DNA of 64,000 nucleotides, from contig JAAILG010000145.1 of NCBI GenBank assembly GCA_012026655.1, forward strand, positions 1 through 64,000. Reading direction: 5' to 3'. The notes under the pieces were generated by a model. That model saw nothing but the letters and a program-made list of their open reading frames with translations, was not told where the DNA came from and did no database searches. This stretch comes from Hydrolagus affinis (Eukaryota). Shown in pieces: positions 14,010-26,542 of this stretch (within the stretch, counting starts at the first letter, position 1; every line of letters begins with the position of its first letter). The translations under genes and the position numbers were made by a program.

Positions 14010-14180
14010 AAATTGGCTACGGGGGTCAACCAGTTTGCGTACACATGTGTACAAGATCATCACGTCTGGACAAACCAACAATACTGGGAAGCCACGTTCT
14101 ACAATGATGTACAGAACCAAATCCGAGCCCTCTACCTCACCTCCAGGAATGACGATTATGATTCTAATTTTAATCAAAAG
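14010..14180 (+). CDS. SBF2: SBF2 exon ([17 protein letters not shown]...NFNQK)
   Basis: ttcag| ... |gtaatt, 171 nt, phase 0-0. Confidence 0.95.
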
Positions 14181-14229
14181 GTAATTCTGGACTCACTTGA
14201 TTTTGCTTCTCCTTGTTTTCCACAGCCAT

Positions 14230-14360
14230 TACAACAACAACAACAATAACAAAATTACATTTATAGAGGGCCTTTCATGTCGAGAGGATGTCCCAAGGCG
14301 CTGAACGGTCAGGTCGGGAGTCGAGCAAGGGAGATGAGTAGGGTAGGTGGGAGGGGCGGA
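14230..14360 (-). mobile_element. L2 3' tail
   Basis: (aac)n aaaattacatttatagagggcctttcatgtcgagaggatgtcccaaggcgctg. Confidence 0.8.
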
Positions 14361-15107
14361 AAAGAGTTTGGAGATGATTAATCATCTGGCTACAAGTCAG
14401 AACCACTTGCAAAATCCCATGTGATGCATAGGAGCCTATTTAATCATTTTCGTTTTTATTTTCACTTCCAATTTGTGAACTTAAAAATGAAAGTATTTTG
14501 CAGAACATTTTAAAAAGTAGCTTTGTCTTATTATCTGTGTCCAGGTAAGGATCACAGCATTAACCCCAAGCAATGGCACACTTGGTAACTGGACCCTCTT
14601 TCAATTTAAAATGGTCGCTGTGCTTTTTTTTAATGTAAGTACTTGCCAAAAGTTCCCTTCTTCTTTAATGTGGTGTGTTCCAGTGGAATAAATAGCACTA
14701 TTCACTTCAGTTGTCATCTTCTATGAAACATTCAAAGCTGATCTCTTTTGCAATGAGATCACGATGGGATAAGTCAGATCGTGCTTCGCCATGACTTGTG
14801 CTATTCTTAGGCGGAGATCTTGATTAATTGCCCATTTGCAAGCAGCTATGAACACTTGCCTGCAACATTTGTGACAACATAATAATGGTGTTTATACTTG
14901 ACGGCAAATGTGTGCAGAAAGCATTTTATTGTCATCACCTTCAGACGTCCGCTGAAAATTAAATGGGGGCTGTGGAAAACAATTTGTGCTTTAAAAAAGC
15001 AAACAGTTAGAAAGCCTTTATAAAAACAGGACAATAGTTTTCTTACAATTATGTGTTTCATTATCATTATGCCTCTTGTATAATCATATCTTCTTATCTT
15101 CGCCCAT

Positions 15108-15197
15108 CGTCAATTCACTTTACAGTATATTCTGTGAAGTGCTTTGAGACTTCTAGAAGACGTGAAAAGCGCTATATCAAATGCAAGGATTATTATA
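15108..15197 (+). mobile_element. SINE 3' fragment
   Basis: gtcaattcactttacagtatattctgtgaag...aaatgcaaggattatta. Confidence 0.85.
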
Positions 15198-15688
15198 TCT
15201 TCGTTTTTACGTCTTCTGGTTAAAAATGTATTGTTTTTCTACTTAAGAGGATACATTGAACATAGATTTTAATCTTGACATTTTATATTGCAGGAATGAA
15301 ACCATGCATTGTGGAGTGCAAGGCAAATCTAAAATTAAAAATAACTTTGCTGAGTTGCAGAAAATAAATATGCAGAGAATTACTATAATAACCACACTGC
15401 ATAGATGCTTAGAATATTTTTGTTTCTTCAAACAAATGAGTTGATAAACTTTTCAATGTGTTGCATGCTTCCAAGAATAACCAACATGCAAAAATGTGTA
15501 TAAATGCACATTAGCGGGATTTGAGTTCTAAAACATTTTGAACCTATACATTAACGTTTGTAAGCTTGTTTCAGAATGTCTTCTGAACTCAGGGCATTAA
15601 GGAATGTTATTTACCTTTGACATTCAGTTCAGTAAAACTATTGTAGTCGTTGCACAGTTCCTCAGAAGGCATCTCATAACTTTCTATT

Positions 15689-15999
15689 GGGAGTCCTGTA
15701 TCTCTGTGATCAGAGCACTCGCCTTACAAGCGAGAGACCTGGGTTGGATTCCAGGCTGGGCGAAACCTTGGGCAAGTTTCCTTACTCCACACACCTAATA
15801 TTAATCCCTCCCCAAATAAAACAATAATAAATTGATAATTTCAATGCACGACTGTTTGTGGGACACTGCTGTGCAAAAATAGCTGCCGTCTTTTGTCCGC
15901 AAATATACAGGTCAATTCACTTTACGGTATATTCTGTGAAGCGCTTTGAGACATCTGGAAGACGTGAACAGCGCTATATCAAATGCAAGGATTATTATT
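15689..15999 (+). mobile_element. Full-length ~310-bp tRNA-derived SINE
   Basis: gggagtcctgta head with A/B boxes, body, L2-like stem-loop tail and (att)n. Confidence 0.9.
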
Positions 16000-16159
16000 G
16001 CCATGCGGATCATGAAATGTGTTGCAGCCTTACAACAGGTTCCCAGCTATGTGGTAATCTATTTGCAATGCAACTCTCATGTCTGATCCTACGTAAAGGA
16101 TGTACATGAAGAGAAACAACTTGTCGCCCGGTTCCTGAACTCTGTCCTTTTTATTGCAG

Positions 16160-16422
16160 GAGAACACTCCAAGGCCATCAGAGCACGAAATAACAGCCAT
16201 GGACATCGCAGCAGAGCAGCTGCGCTTATGGCCAACACTCGACAAAGAGAAACAGCAGGAGCTAGAGCAGGGAGAGGAAAGTACTGTGTTCAGCCAAGCT
16301 ATTCATTACGTCCAACTCATGGTCTACCTGCTAGTTCCATTAGATACGAGCAAAAACAAGCTTCTGCGGAATACGACAACTGGGGACTGGGAAAGTGGAA
16401 GCAACAGTATTGTCACTAACAG
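16160..16422 (+). CDS. SBF2: SBF2 exon ([25 protein letters not shown]...SNSIVTN)
   Basis: ttgcag| ... |gtgcgt, 263 nt, phase 0-2. Confidence 0.95.
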
Positions 16423-17009
16423 GTGCGTTTGTAACTGTGTTAACTTCATGACTTTTCTAATTTGCTTCTTAAAAGAGCTGTTTTAGGGGAAAAAAATTTT
16501 TTGATACCTTTTTAATAATTACACAACAACATTATGGGGTTATTTGTGCAGATTTTGTAATTCATCTTAATCCATTGGATTGCTCTTATATATGTCAAAC
16601 TCAAGTGTTGTAGTTTGACATGCTGTATTTTGACATGCATAAATTACATCAGTTTCAACTTTCTCAATTTGCTTCAAATCCGAGAAAATGTTCTTGTTTG
16701 ATGGCTTGAAGCAAGCTATATTTAAGTGCTCTTAGTTTGATTGGGTGTTGACAAATGGAATCGCCCAGGCTAATCCAGTGAATGAAAATAAGCAGGATTT
16801 TTCAGTTTGATCCTTTAAACCCAAGACGATACAATACAAACGGCTTTTTTTCAAACTTTCATTTGTAATAGAATGCATAATGGTAAAATCATACTTTTCA
16901 CATACTTGTGATTAACTTCAACTCTCCCACCTTTATTAGGGTATTTCAAAACAATTTACCTTTCAGCACTATTAAATTCAATAAGGATCTCTCAACATAA
17001 ACTTCTTGT

Positions 17010-17405
17010 TAGCCTGGATCTCAGTGGTAGCACTCTCACCTCTGAGTCAGACAGTTGTGGCTTTAAGCCCCACATTATCATCTATAATGACAATACTGCA
17101 GTACTGGGTGTGTGCTGCATTGATGGATATGCTGCCTTTCGGGTGAGACATTAAACTAAGGTTTTGTCTGCCTGTCCAGGCGAACGTTAAAGATCCCACA
17201 ACACCATTCAGAAAGGCGAGAGTTTTTCCAAATATCTTGGCCAACAATCTCCAGATAAAATTGTTCACTTGCTGAAAGGCTGTTTGTAGAAAGTTGCTGT
17301 ACATTCACCCACAAAATATGGTCACACCACTCGACGGTATATTCTTTGAGTTGGGCTTTGAGTTGTCTCGATGTTGGAACTCTATGTAATGCAAAGATTA
17401 TTAAT
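17010..17405 (+). mobile_element. Old Deu-domain SINE (SacSINE/AmnSINE-like)
   Basis: ctcagtggtagcactctcacctctgagtcag head, tgcagtactg..gcctttcgggtgagacattaaac..aaagatccca core. Confidence 0.75.
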
Positions 17406-18878
17406 GTTATTTGTCAGCACTAGCCCCTTATTTAGTATTCATTTGCTGATTCTTCCGACTGGAAAGTAAGCATTCTACTTGACATCATTTGAGCCTGGAG
17501 AAAGTACTGAGGCCTCCTCAAGATGCAGTTGGTTAACTGAACTTATTATGATAACTGAATGAATTATTGATACTTTCACACTTTGCACTCTGGTCATACA
17601 GATTAGTTTGCTGACACATTTTAGCTTGGACTTTCAACACAGGACATTCTCTAAGACAATATTTTAACAAAAGTTTAACAATTTCTCTGGAGTCTTGGTT
17701 GGACTGAACTTGTTTTTCCCAAAATGAAAGTTGAAAATGATTGCGCTATCCAATCCCCTATGTCTCACCTTCCTGAGAGGGAGTTTATGAAATAGTCCTC
17801 CACTATTGTGTACGTTTTGTTTTTGTTGGCTTGCAAACCATGACCAAGATTAAACTGGAATGTTAGACATATTCTGTATAAACTTGATGAGCATGTGAAG
17901 ATTAAAGATTGGTCACATCTTCTGGTTATCATTCTGGTCGGGGAATTCCACATTGTTTGCTTTAGGAAATATTTCCTGGAGGTAGCACTCATCATGTCCT
18001 AAGTGTTATTGTGTTTTGTTTCATTTCCGTTCAACATTGCAGGATTCAAATACAGTCTTACATATACATAATGAAAATCTGGGTTGCTGAAAATAAGATC
18101 CTCAACAAATCAGTAGAAACCAATAAATGAAAGGGTTCGCATTGATTAACCGATTATGTTAACCGAATGAATTAGTGATGTGGATTAGTTTGCTGAAATG
18201 TTTTAGCTAGGACTAAGCTAAAACACAGGATACTCACTAAGGCAATATTTTAACAAAGTTTACAAATTTTTCTGGAGTATTTTAATAAGTGTATTAAGAG
18301 TTATGATTATTATTCCCAAATTATAAGAATGTAACCTTCACAATTTTACTAGCAAAGTGAATTATTTACATGTGTACTTTTTAAAAAGATGTTACATTTG
18401 TTATCCCGACAATTGTACAATTACATACTCAACTCTGAAAAGATTGAAACCAGCTGCACTTCGTGCTTTTTAATGCCAAGCATTGCAAACCTCTGAGAAA
18501 ATATTTTTTAAGCCAATAATTAGTAAGTCTCCATATTAAAAACTCATCCAGATAAGCAATGGGCTTTCATGTGGCAAATATTTGAGTTTGTCATTCACTG
18601 GTCTGCTAATTCGTTTTTAGAAAATTAAAAATCTGATTTTCACGACCTTGTTGTTTTGGGGTCATTGTTCAAGTTATTGCGTCATCACTGCTGATGACCG
18701 AGTACTCGATCTAGGAGGAGGTAATTGTTGAAAATGTAAGATGACCTTATCATGATGGTTCATGAGTAACGGCACTCCCTGCTGTCCTCATTAGGCCATG
18801 CAGCAGCGGACACAGGTATTAATTAGACTGTGATCTAATAGGCAAAATGAGGCAAATTTAGATCCCAGTCTAAATCTG

Positions 18879-19169
18879 AAACAAAAACAGAGATCGCTGG
18901 GAACACTCAGCAGGTTAGGCAGCATCTATGGAGAAAGGAAAAGTGAGTCAACGTTTTGGGTCCACAACCCTTCGTCAGAACTAGAGGATGTTGGCTTGCT
19001 GGAGGGGTTTTAGCCCTCTCCCTCCCAAAATACCCCAGTTCTAACACAGGGTCGTGGACTCAAAACGTTGACTCACTTTCCTTTCTTTATAGATGCTGCC
19101 TGACCTGCTGAGTGTTCCCAGCGATCTCTGTTTTTGTTTAAGGCTTCCAGCATCTGCAGTATTTTTGCG
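18879..19169. mobile_element. Inverted pair of Penelope-like terminal repeats
   Basis: Arms 18879-18982 and 19037-19139 are near-perfect reverse complements. The right arm continues into ttccagcatctgcag. Confidence 0.75.
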
Positions 19170-19879
19170 TCCAGTGGTTTGGGTTTGAAGGAGTTTGTCT
19201 TTAGTGACCTAACATAGGCAGGAGAAAACAATGTCCCCAGTCTCCACTCTCGATTACCATTAAATTGTTCTTGCTAGAAATTGTACTTGTGGGTGTTGTT
19301 TCGAATAAAGGATTGGACTCATCGGTGATGGCTTATTTATACTGATGGATGATTTAGCAACTCTTCCAACTGTAGTGTAATAGAGAACAAGAAAGCTGGT
19401 TAAAGCTTGTGAATCACTCTTGCCGGAGGCTAAAGAGAGCTCTGTACATTCACAGTTAAGCACGTACTTTGGTAACCAGCACCCAAATGTCAGCAATGTA
19501 TGTTTTATGTTCTTAGAAGAGCCAACAAGTTTTAAAAATTAGTTGCTTCCCCAGTGTCTCAGCGAGCTTATTGAATGAGTGTATTTGGCACAAAGACCCC
19601 TCACTATTGCAGTTTGTGTTAATTTGGGAGTTTCAGGTGAAGCATTACAATATGTTTCACCGCATCAGATTAGGCAGTGAAAGATCAAACTGAATTGCCA
19701 CTAAGGCAGTCATTCCATTCAAAGTCACAAGGGCAACAATACGGTAAGCTCGCACAACATCAGACAAGCGAGGGCTCTTCAGTCTTGAATGAAGATGACT
19801 TAGAGGAGATCTCATAAAGGAATCTAACATTTTAAATGGGATTGAGGTGTAAACCCAGAACAGTATTTTAGGATGGATT

Positions 19880-20095
19880 CAGAGGATGTGCCTTCAAAGT
19901 TCCAAAGGGAAATTTCAGCACAGATAGCAGGAAGTTTTTCTTTACATAGTGTGTAATTTAACAACTGAACAAGTGTGGTTGGGACCAAGACACAGGACTC
20001 ATTTGAAAAGTAGCTTGATGTTGTAATGGAGTGACGGTGGACGGGTGAAATCAGATGGGCCAAAGATCTTCTTCATCCTAATCAATCTGGTGATG
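19880..20095 (+). mobile_element. Degenerate CR1 3' fragment
   Basis: caggaagtttttctttacatagtgtgt..catttgaaaagtagcttgatg..agatgggcc. Confidence 0.55.
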
Positions 20096-20209
20096 TTGTG
20101 ACCTCCTGAAGCCAAACTTTGATTGCTCATCTGTGGTACAGTTGATGATTAGTATTAATGCCTTATTTGTTTTTGTGTATCTGATTGGACTATCGTCTGT
20201 TTTTTACAG

Positions 20210-20382
20210 CATTGCCGGCAGTGTTGCTGAGAGCTACGATACCGAGAGTGGGTTTGAGGAGGCAGAGAACAATGATGTTGCCAACTCAGTAGTTCGCTTT
20301 ATTACTAGGTTTATTGACAAAGTTTGCACTGAAAGTGGAGTCACACAGGACCACATCAAAAATCTGCACTGCATGATACCAG
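20210..20382 (+). CDS. SBF2: SBF2 exon ([18 protein letters not shown]...LHCMIP)
   Basis: tttacag| ... |gtaaga, 173 nt, phase 2-1. Confidence 0.96.
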
Positions 20383-21402
20383 GTAAGAATATCAAATCTT
20401 TTACATACACTGCAGGAAACAGGGGATTAGAATAGAACTCACAGCTTTATCCAATCCTCACAAACAAAGTGAGCTGAGTTACAGGCACCAACTGGTACCC
20501 TCAGTTGCCTGAGAATAGATTTTTTTAAATCTAGTTCGGAAGTGATCTGTAAGCTAAGTACCACATTAAGAGTTTATCAGATGTAGCTTATTTGAGCTGC
20601 TGTATTTCCTCACTTGTGTTCTACCCTTGTTTTATTTATATTTATATATATGTGTATAAATCCTATACATAATGCGGTAGCCAAATCTGAGAAAGGGAAC
20701 AGGACCTGTCAACATCACTGCAAACTAGAAATGACTTCTCTGGCATTGTGCAGAAAAGGCCTTTGGAGTATATCAAAAGAGCACATACAGCAGCTGGAGG
20801 CAGCAATAAATGAAAGAGAGAGGAGGGTGGGGGGAATCAAAGAAAAAATTGTTCTGCTGTGGCTGCTTACTGTTGTAAGACATTGCAGACCGGAAGAGTG
20901 AGTGTGTGACTATTGCACGTTCTCTATGCTGATACACTTTGGGAAATGGTTGAGTACAAGGTCAAAAGGAGAGCAGACAGGGAGTGCTATATTTTACATT
21001 ACCACATCGTTAGAAACTGAACTGGTGAGCTGAATTCACTGGAAGTCATCAGGTTTCTGGGTCTAGTTCTATTTGCACTTGAGGCTATGGTGCATACAAT
21101 TCAAGGTGAAAGTGTCATCAGTTGGACGCCCACAATTTAAATAACATTTGGTCCAAGGGGAATAGGCAAAATTGTAAAAGAAAAAACTGGTCAGGCTTCA
21201 GAAAAGAGTGGATCCATTTTTACTCTGTTTTTGAAAACAAATTACTGTTAATTAAGGGGATTCTTGGATTTTAATTTCTGATATTGTAATTACAAGTTGC
21301 AAACATAGTAAACGATTTTAATTACACAGACAATATTTAAACCTTTGCAATCTGCTCAGAATTTGATGACGCCCATTGACGGATCACTTGTTATTTCTTT
21401 AA

Positions 21403-21528
<126 letters not shown>

Positions 21529-21926
21529 TAGAATTTTTGGTTTATCCAGAAAAAAAAATTAAACAGGATGTTGGAGGGGAAGTTTTTTTAAAAAAACAAA
21601 CTGGTCTTACTGGTTCAGGACAATCTGTAATTGCAGGTTGTTGATCCTAAAAGCAAATCTCTGCTCCAGATAATGGCTAGAAAAGTGTTTTTCTTTTCTG
21701 TTATCTGGACCACTGACTCTACGCTTTTCCTTTGTCTTCTCTTCCTCTTGTTTCTATATTTTAATTTCCTTCTCTTTGTCTTTTATTTTGGTTACACTGG
21801 CATTTTATTTATTTTTATGCTTCTTAATCTTCCTTGTTGCTAATTTTCCTCTTTCCTTTCAGATTGGTGCAAATTAATAGGGCAACTACCAGTAGGTAGT
21901 TCAATTTCTACCAGTAGGCAGCACTG

Positions 21927-21945
21927 CAGCACCACCTAGTGGTAA
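21927..21945 (-). promoter_or_regulatory. Candidate CTCF site
   Basis: Minus strand ACCACTAGGTGGTGCTG matches the CCASYAGRKGGCR core. Confidence 0.5.
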
Positions 21946-24900
21946 CTCTTTGGTAATCCAACAACTGGGTCTTTGGACTGTGAAGAATATTTTCTGCCGG
22001 TTGTGGTTCCAATTTTTTGTAGGTCCTGGAAATTGGATAAATGGAGTTTTTGATTTCTTGTTGTTTAAAGACCGTTTTGAATTGGCTGTTACACAATCGC
22101 ATCTCATTGACCCTCAAAATGTTTTCCAATTCGTTGCGGTTTCCAAGTTACATTTTGGTTCGTAACAATTTGGGATAAAATATACCATAATAACATATTA
22201 TTTTGAGTGTGACCTCCTTCGTGTGCTCAAAACTGCTAATCCATTAGCAACATTTTTTATGTTTTTAGTTTTGTAAACGTGTTCGAGATAGTATCTTCTA
22301 ATTTTTACAATGATTTAGTTACAGTGAGAAGAGTGGAAGCCAGTATAGTAAACACAATAGCTAGTAGATATCTTTAGTCCTTTTTTGAAAATACTCCATA
22401 ATTCTGTCTCAATGAGTGTCTAGATGAAATTCCTCCTGCTCCCCCAGTTGCAACTTTGGAAATGTCCACTTTGTAAAGAAACCAATGTATTTTGTCGAAG
22501 TGTTACTACACTTTGCAGCAAGAAAAATTCTTTGGTCATGAATGTCTTATAGCATAAGGAGAATCCAAGCTCTGTTCCACTTTACTTATCAGCATTATTA
22601 TTTTCTAATGGTGAAAAGCCAAGGAACATTGTTTAAGGGGATGTGAAAGTAATCCCTTATATGTAATGCAATAACATAGTTCACACTGAAACTTATCATT
22701 CCATCTTTAGCTAAAAAGAATGAACTGCTCTTTTATCTCTTCTCCTCTCCAAACAAAATAATTATCAAACACGTTTTCATAAAGATAGTTTCTCTTTAAG
22801 ATAAAAAAATTCCCGATATTAAAAACATGTTTCAATAGGTGTTTGTTCCCCTTATTCAGATCAGTAGAATATCCATTTCTATATCCTGTGTTTTTTTTAA
22901 AGAAACCATGTTTTAGAATTGGAAGATGCTTTCAGAAATGCGGTGTAAATAGTATTGACACCACTGAGTACATAATTGCTGAACTGTGGAGCATTGTGCT
23001 ACACCTAGAACGGCAGCGTTCATTTGAGGAAATGTGGAAAGATGTAAACTAAATGAGGTGGGAAACACGTTAATTTTAGAGTGACAGCATCACAAGGCAA
23101 AGCAAAAGCAAAACTGAGAAATAAAAATAAAAGGTACTGAGAACTGCAACCAGTGTAGGATAGTGTCTTAAATTGACCTTATTTTTCTTTACTAAAATGT
23201 ATTTGAACAAACACGGGTGATGCTAATTTCAACTGGATGGCCTGGATCATGCAGCCTCCAATTAGGGGTACAGAAGAGAGCCCATTTTCTGCACTAACTG
23301 ATGCAAACGTCTTTGCAAATAAGAAAGCAAATCCAATAATTGGCCATCAAGCAAAATATAAATGGCCTCGGTGATGACTATTGAATTGTTCCATCATCAG
23401 TTTTATGGTAGCCACACAGTGCCAGATCTTCTCTCTCTGCATCTGTCTCTCTACCTCTCTCTTGCTCTCTAACCCCTCTCTCCCCCACACCACCATCACC
23501 ACCCCTGTGCTCCATGTCTCTCTGCCACTTTTTTTTGAGTTTCTCATTTGCAATCTTTTTTTCCCTCCCTCTATCTCTTATTAAATTGTCGAGTAAGATT
23601 TTTTTTGAGGTGTGACTGATATTTGGGGAGGTGGGGCGGGGGTGGGAAATCCTGTTGCTGAAGTTGTGTGTGTGGTTAAGAGACTCGAGATGGAGGTTTG
23701 CACAGCTTTAGGTGTGCACTAAACCATATTTTTTCACTACTGGCAACTTCAGTTCCATCTGCCACTAGAAACGCCTATAGCAACAAACAGACATGTGGAT
23801 ATTTTGGGTGTGGATCAATGATGCTCTACTATGGAATTTCAATCCTAGTCTGACATTAACAGTCTTGGGCTTTTCTAGTTGGACCAGATGGACTTTTTCA
23901 GACCAAACGTGGCTAAGTAAGAGGAGGAGGGAAGCTGATCAGTGGGTTTCTTTAACATGTCTAAAGGTATCAGCTCATTAGTCCGTCAATCTATAATCAA
24001 TATTTCCCATTCTGGTGACTTGTGGAGAAATTCAGAGCAGGAAACGGCTTAAAAAGTGAAGAAAAATGATGAACTATAAAAATACCACATAGCATTAAAT
24101 CAGAAAAGGGAGTTACCCAAACTTGCCAAGACTTTGTTGATTAGTTTCCCAAATAATCAGTAAGTGGCTGTAAGTTCCATAATCAACTAGATTGCCTTGG
24201 AAGACCACAAGACAGAAATCACGAGCAGTGCACGGTTTCTAGTAGAATATGTGATGCCAAAGCAGTCTTCTGCCTTAATGCATTTGAGTTCAAAATTGTT
24301 ATCTGAAATGCGATGTGGAAAGTGCACAATTATTCATTCCTGAATCCTTACAAATAAGTCCATAAATTTCTAGAAGCCAAAGGTTTCTCTCGTCACTGGA
24401 GGGCCAGAAGAACGTTCTTTAGTTTGATGATGATCCAGAATTGCAAATGACGATTTCTAGAGGAGAAGTTGAGTCAAATAGATTTCTTGAAGACCCATTA
24501 GTTTCTCTTCCTTCCAAATTATTTTACTTTGCATAAAGCAGCTACTGGAGAAATGGCCGTTTCTTTTTTGAAATCCGAGGATTTACAATTCAGCTGGAGC
24601 ATGAGTCGGTTTTGAAAGCCGGTGTCAACTCGGGAGTGCAAAGAAGCCAAAAGCAGGAGATTGTGAGCAAACCCGATGGAAGTCAGATCAACCTTCAAAA
24701 GCTCAAACAGAAAGCCAAAGAAAGCTTTGAGCCGAGATTGCAGAAAATGAAGCCAAAATTTGCTTGATGGCAGTGTGGGGTGAATATATTTCTTGCAAGT
24801 GTACGTGCAGCATTGGTAACTAATTTCAAAAACCAGCCACATCTTCAATAGAATATTACTGAAGGAAATGAGGACCTTTAATTCTCAGTTCAGGTGGGAG

Positions 24901-25143
24901 AGCAAGCAAAAGATATGATGGATTTTTGGGACCAATCCTGATGCTAAAAACTATCGGAGGCAAATACAAATAAATCGGATCAGTTTTTAAAAATCAGAAT
25001 ATTGAAGAACCTGAAGAGACGTCCTTCACGAGCTGAGCATCAGTGAAGCAGAGCTTGTCAGTATGTATATTTGTCTATCAATGAATGGATCAAGAATAGG
25101 AAAACAACTATATGTGAAATAGAATTGATGACAACAGCTACTT

Positions 25144-25302
25144 ATAATAATAATAATCATTGCATTTGATACAGCGCTTTTCATGTCTTCGTGACGTCTC
25201 AAATGCTTCACAGAAAATACTATAAATCGAATTTACTATCTTTTCTGGGCGAAATGCGGCAGCCAATTGCTCACAACAGTATCCCACAAACAGTCGTGGA
25301 TA
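25144..25302 (-). mobile_element. SINE 3' part
   Basis: (aat)n..tgcatttgatacagcgcttttca..cagccaattg..cccacaaacagtcgtgg. Confidence 0.85.
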
Positions 25303-25689
25303 TTTGCATTTATGTTCGTGTAAAAGAATTTACCAGAATGTGTGCAAAAGTCAGATGCCGGAATTAGTGTCCTCCAGGCACTGTAAGGGTAATAGATTCC
25401 ACATCACTATCCTTGTACATTTAATTTGATAAAGAGAAACAATCAGTTCATGTGATCCAAATGGATCCCAATTTGGGGAAAAGGGAAACTATATGAATTG
25501 TCACGGTCCAAAATATGCTTTGTGGTTATGAAAAGATCAGCGAGAGATTAGCAGCAACCAGTTCAATTTGAGTTGAGTTCCAGGAGGTATTTGTAGAATT
25601 ACGCAGAATGATTCAGCTCACAACCAGTGAAGTACAGTACCATAAACTTACAAGAAAGTGGTGGCAGGCAATTTAGAAACAGTTGAACA

Positions 25690-26335
25690 CAAATATTGAG
25701 AGCATGTTTATATATTTTCAGTATTCCTTGGGAGTGTCGCTAGATTGTAGGCATCCCTCCCATTATAGCTAGGCCCCAGTGGCTTTCTGCTCCCCAGCCG
25801 ATCAACTTTAATAACTATGTACAATAGTTACTTTCAAACACCTCTGTCACCTTGCACCACGGCTATCTCAGTGATTTTCTGCAATACTAATTCACCAACT
25901 GCTCACACCACTCCACCGACTCTGGCTGCTTGATGTCTCTACCCAATCATTGGCAGGCAAGCTTCCAGCCACTTTGCCACTGTTCTCTGGAAATCTATTT
26001 CCAAATCTTTACCTCCTCCATCAAGCTTTAAAAATCCACTAAAAAAAAACTTATCTTTAGCTGTCTTTCTGACCATCTTCCCCCTCGTATACTCCTCACC
26101 GATCAGGCTCCCATTCAGAAATTGCAATGCATTTTGTGAAAGGTACTCCAGCATATAAATGCAGACTGTTGCTTTGACCACATGGCCTCCTATTGAAAAT
26201 AATTCAATAAGGTTTTGAATAAGAATTTGCCATATTTACAGAAAGCCTAGCTTTACATAAACTGGTTATCTCTGTCACAAAACTAAATCCCCTGGAAAAT
26301 AATTGTGAATGTAGGAGTGCATAACACCGCTATCC
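25690..26335 (-). mobile_element. Degenerate CR1/L2-like RT fragment(s)
   Basis: Composition and decayed motifs typical of antisense non-LTR RT, with no intact ORF. Confidence 0.4.
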
Positions 26336-26339
26336 ATCA

Positions 26340-26542
26340 ACAATAACAACAAAAATTACATTTATAAAGCGCCTTCACGTCGGGAGGACGTCCCAAGATG
26401 CTGAACAATCAGGTCGGGACCAGAGCGGGTGGTGGGGGGGGGATCGGGGTAGGAGGAAGGAGAGTAGGAGAATTGACTGTATATTTGTGGGCGAAATGTG
26501 GCAGCCAATTGCGCACAGCAGTGTCCCTCAAACAGTCGTGGA
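26340..26542 (-). mobile_element. L2 3' tail abutting a SINE body fragment
   Basis: caacaaaaattacatttataaagcgccttcacgtcgggaggacgtcccaag followed by gaattgactgtatatttgtgggcgaaa. Confidence 0.8.

Noticed and set aside
18690-18720. CTGATGA followed by palindrome cgagtactcg (hammerhead or C-box snoRNA?)
   Set aside because: No GAAA after the stem and no D box with a terminal stem; more likely part of a non-coding regulatory block
24540-24780. Protein-like Lys/Gln-rich open stretch (..INLQKLKQKAKESFEPRLQK..)
   Set aside because: Bounded by stops, no start or good splice sites, not needed for SBF2 continuity; possibly TE debris
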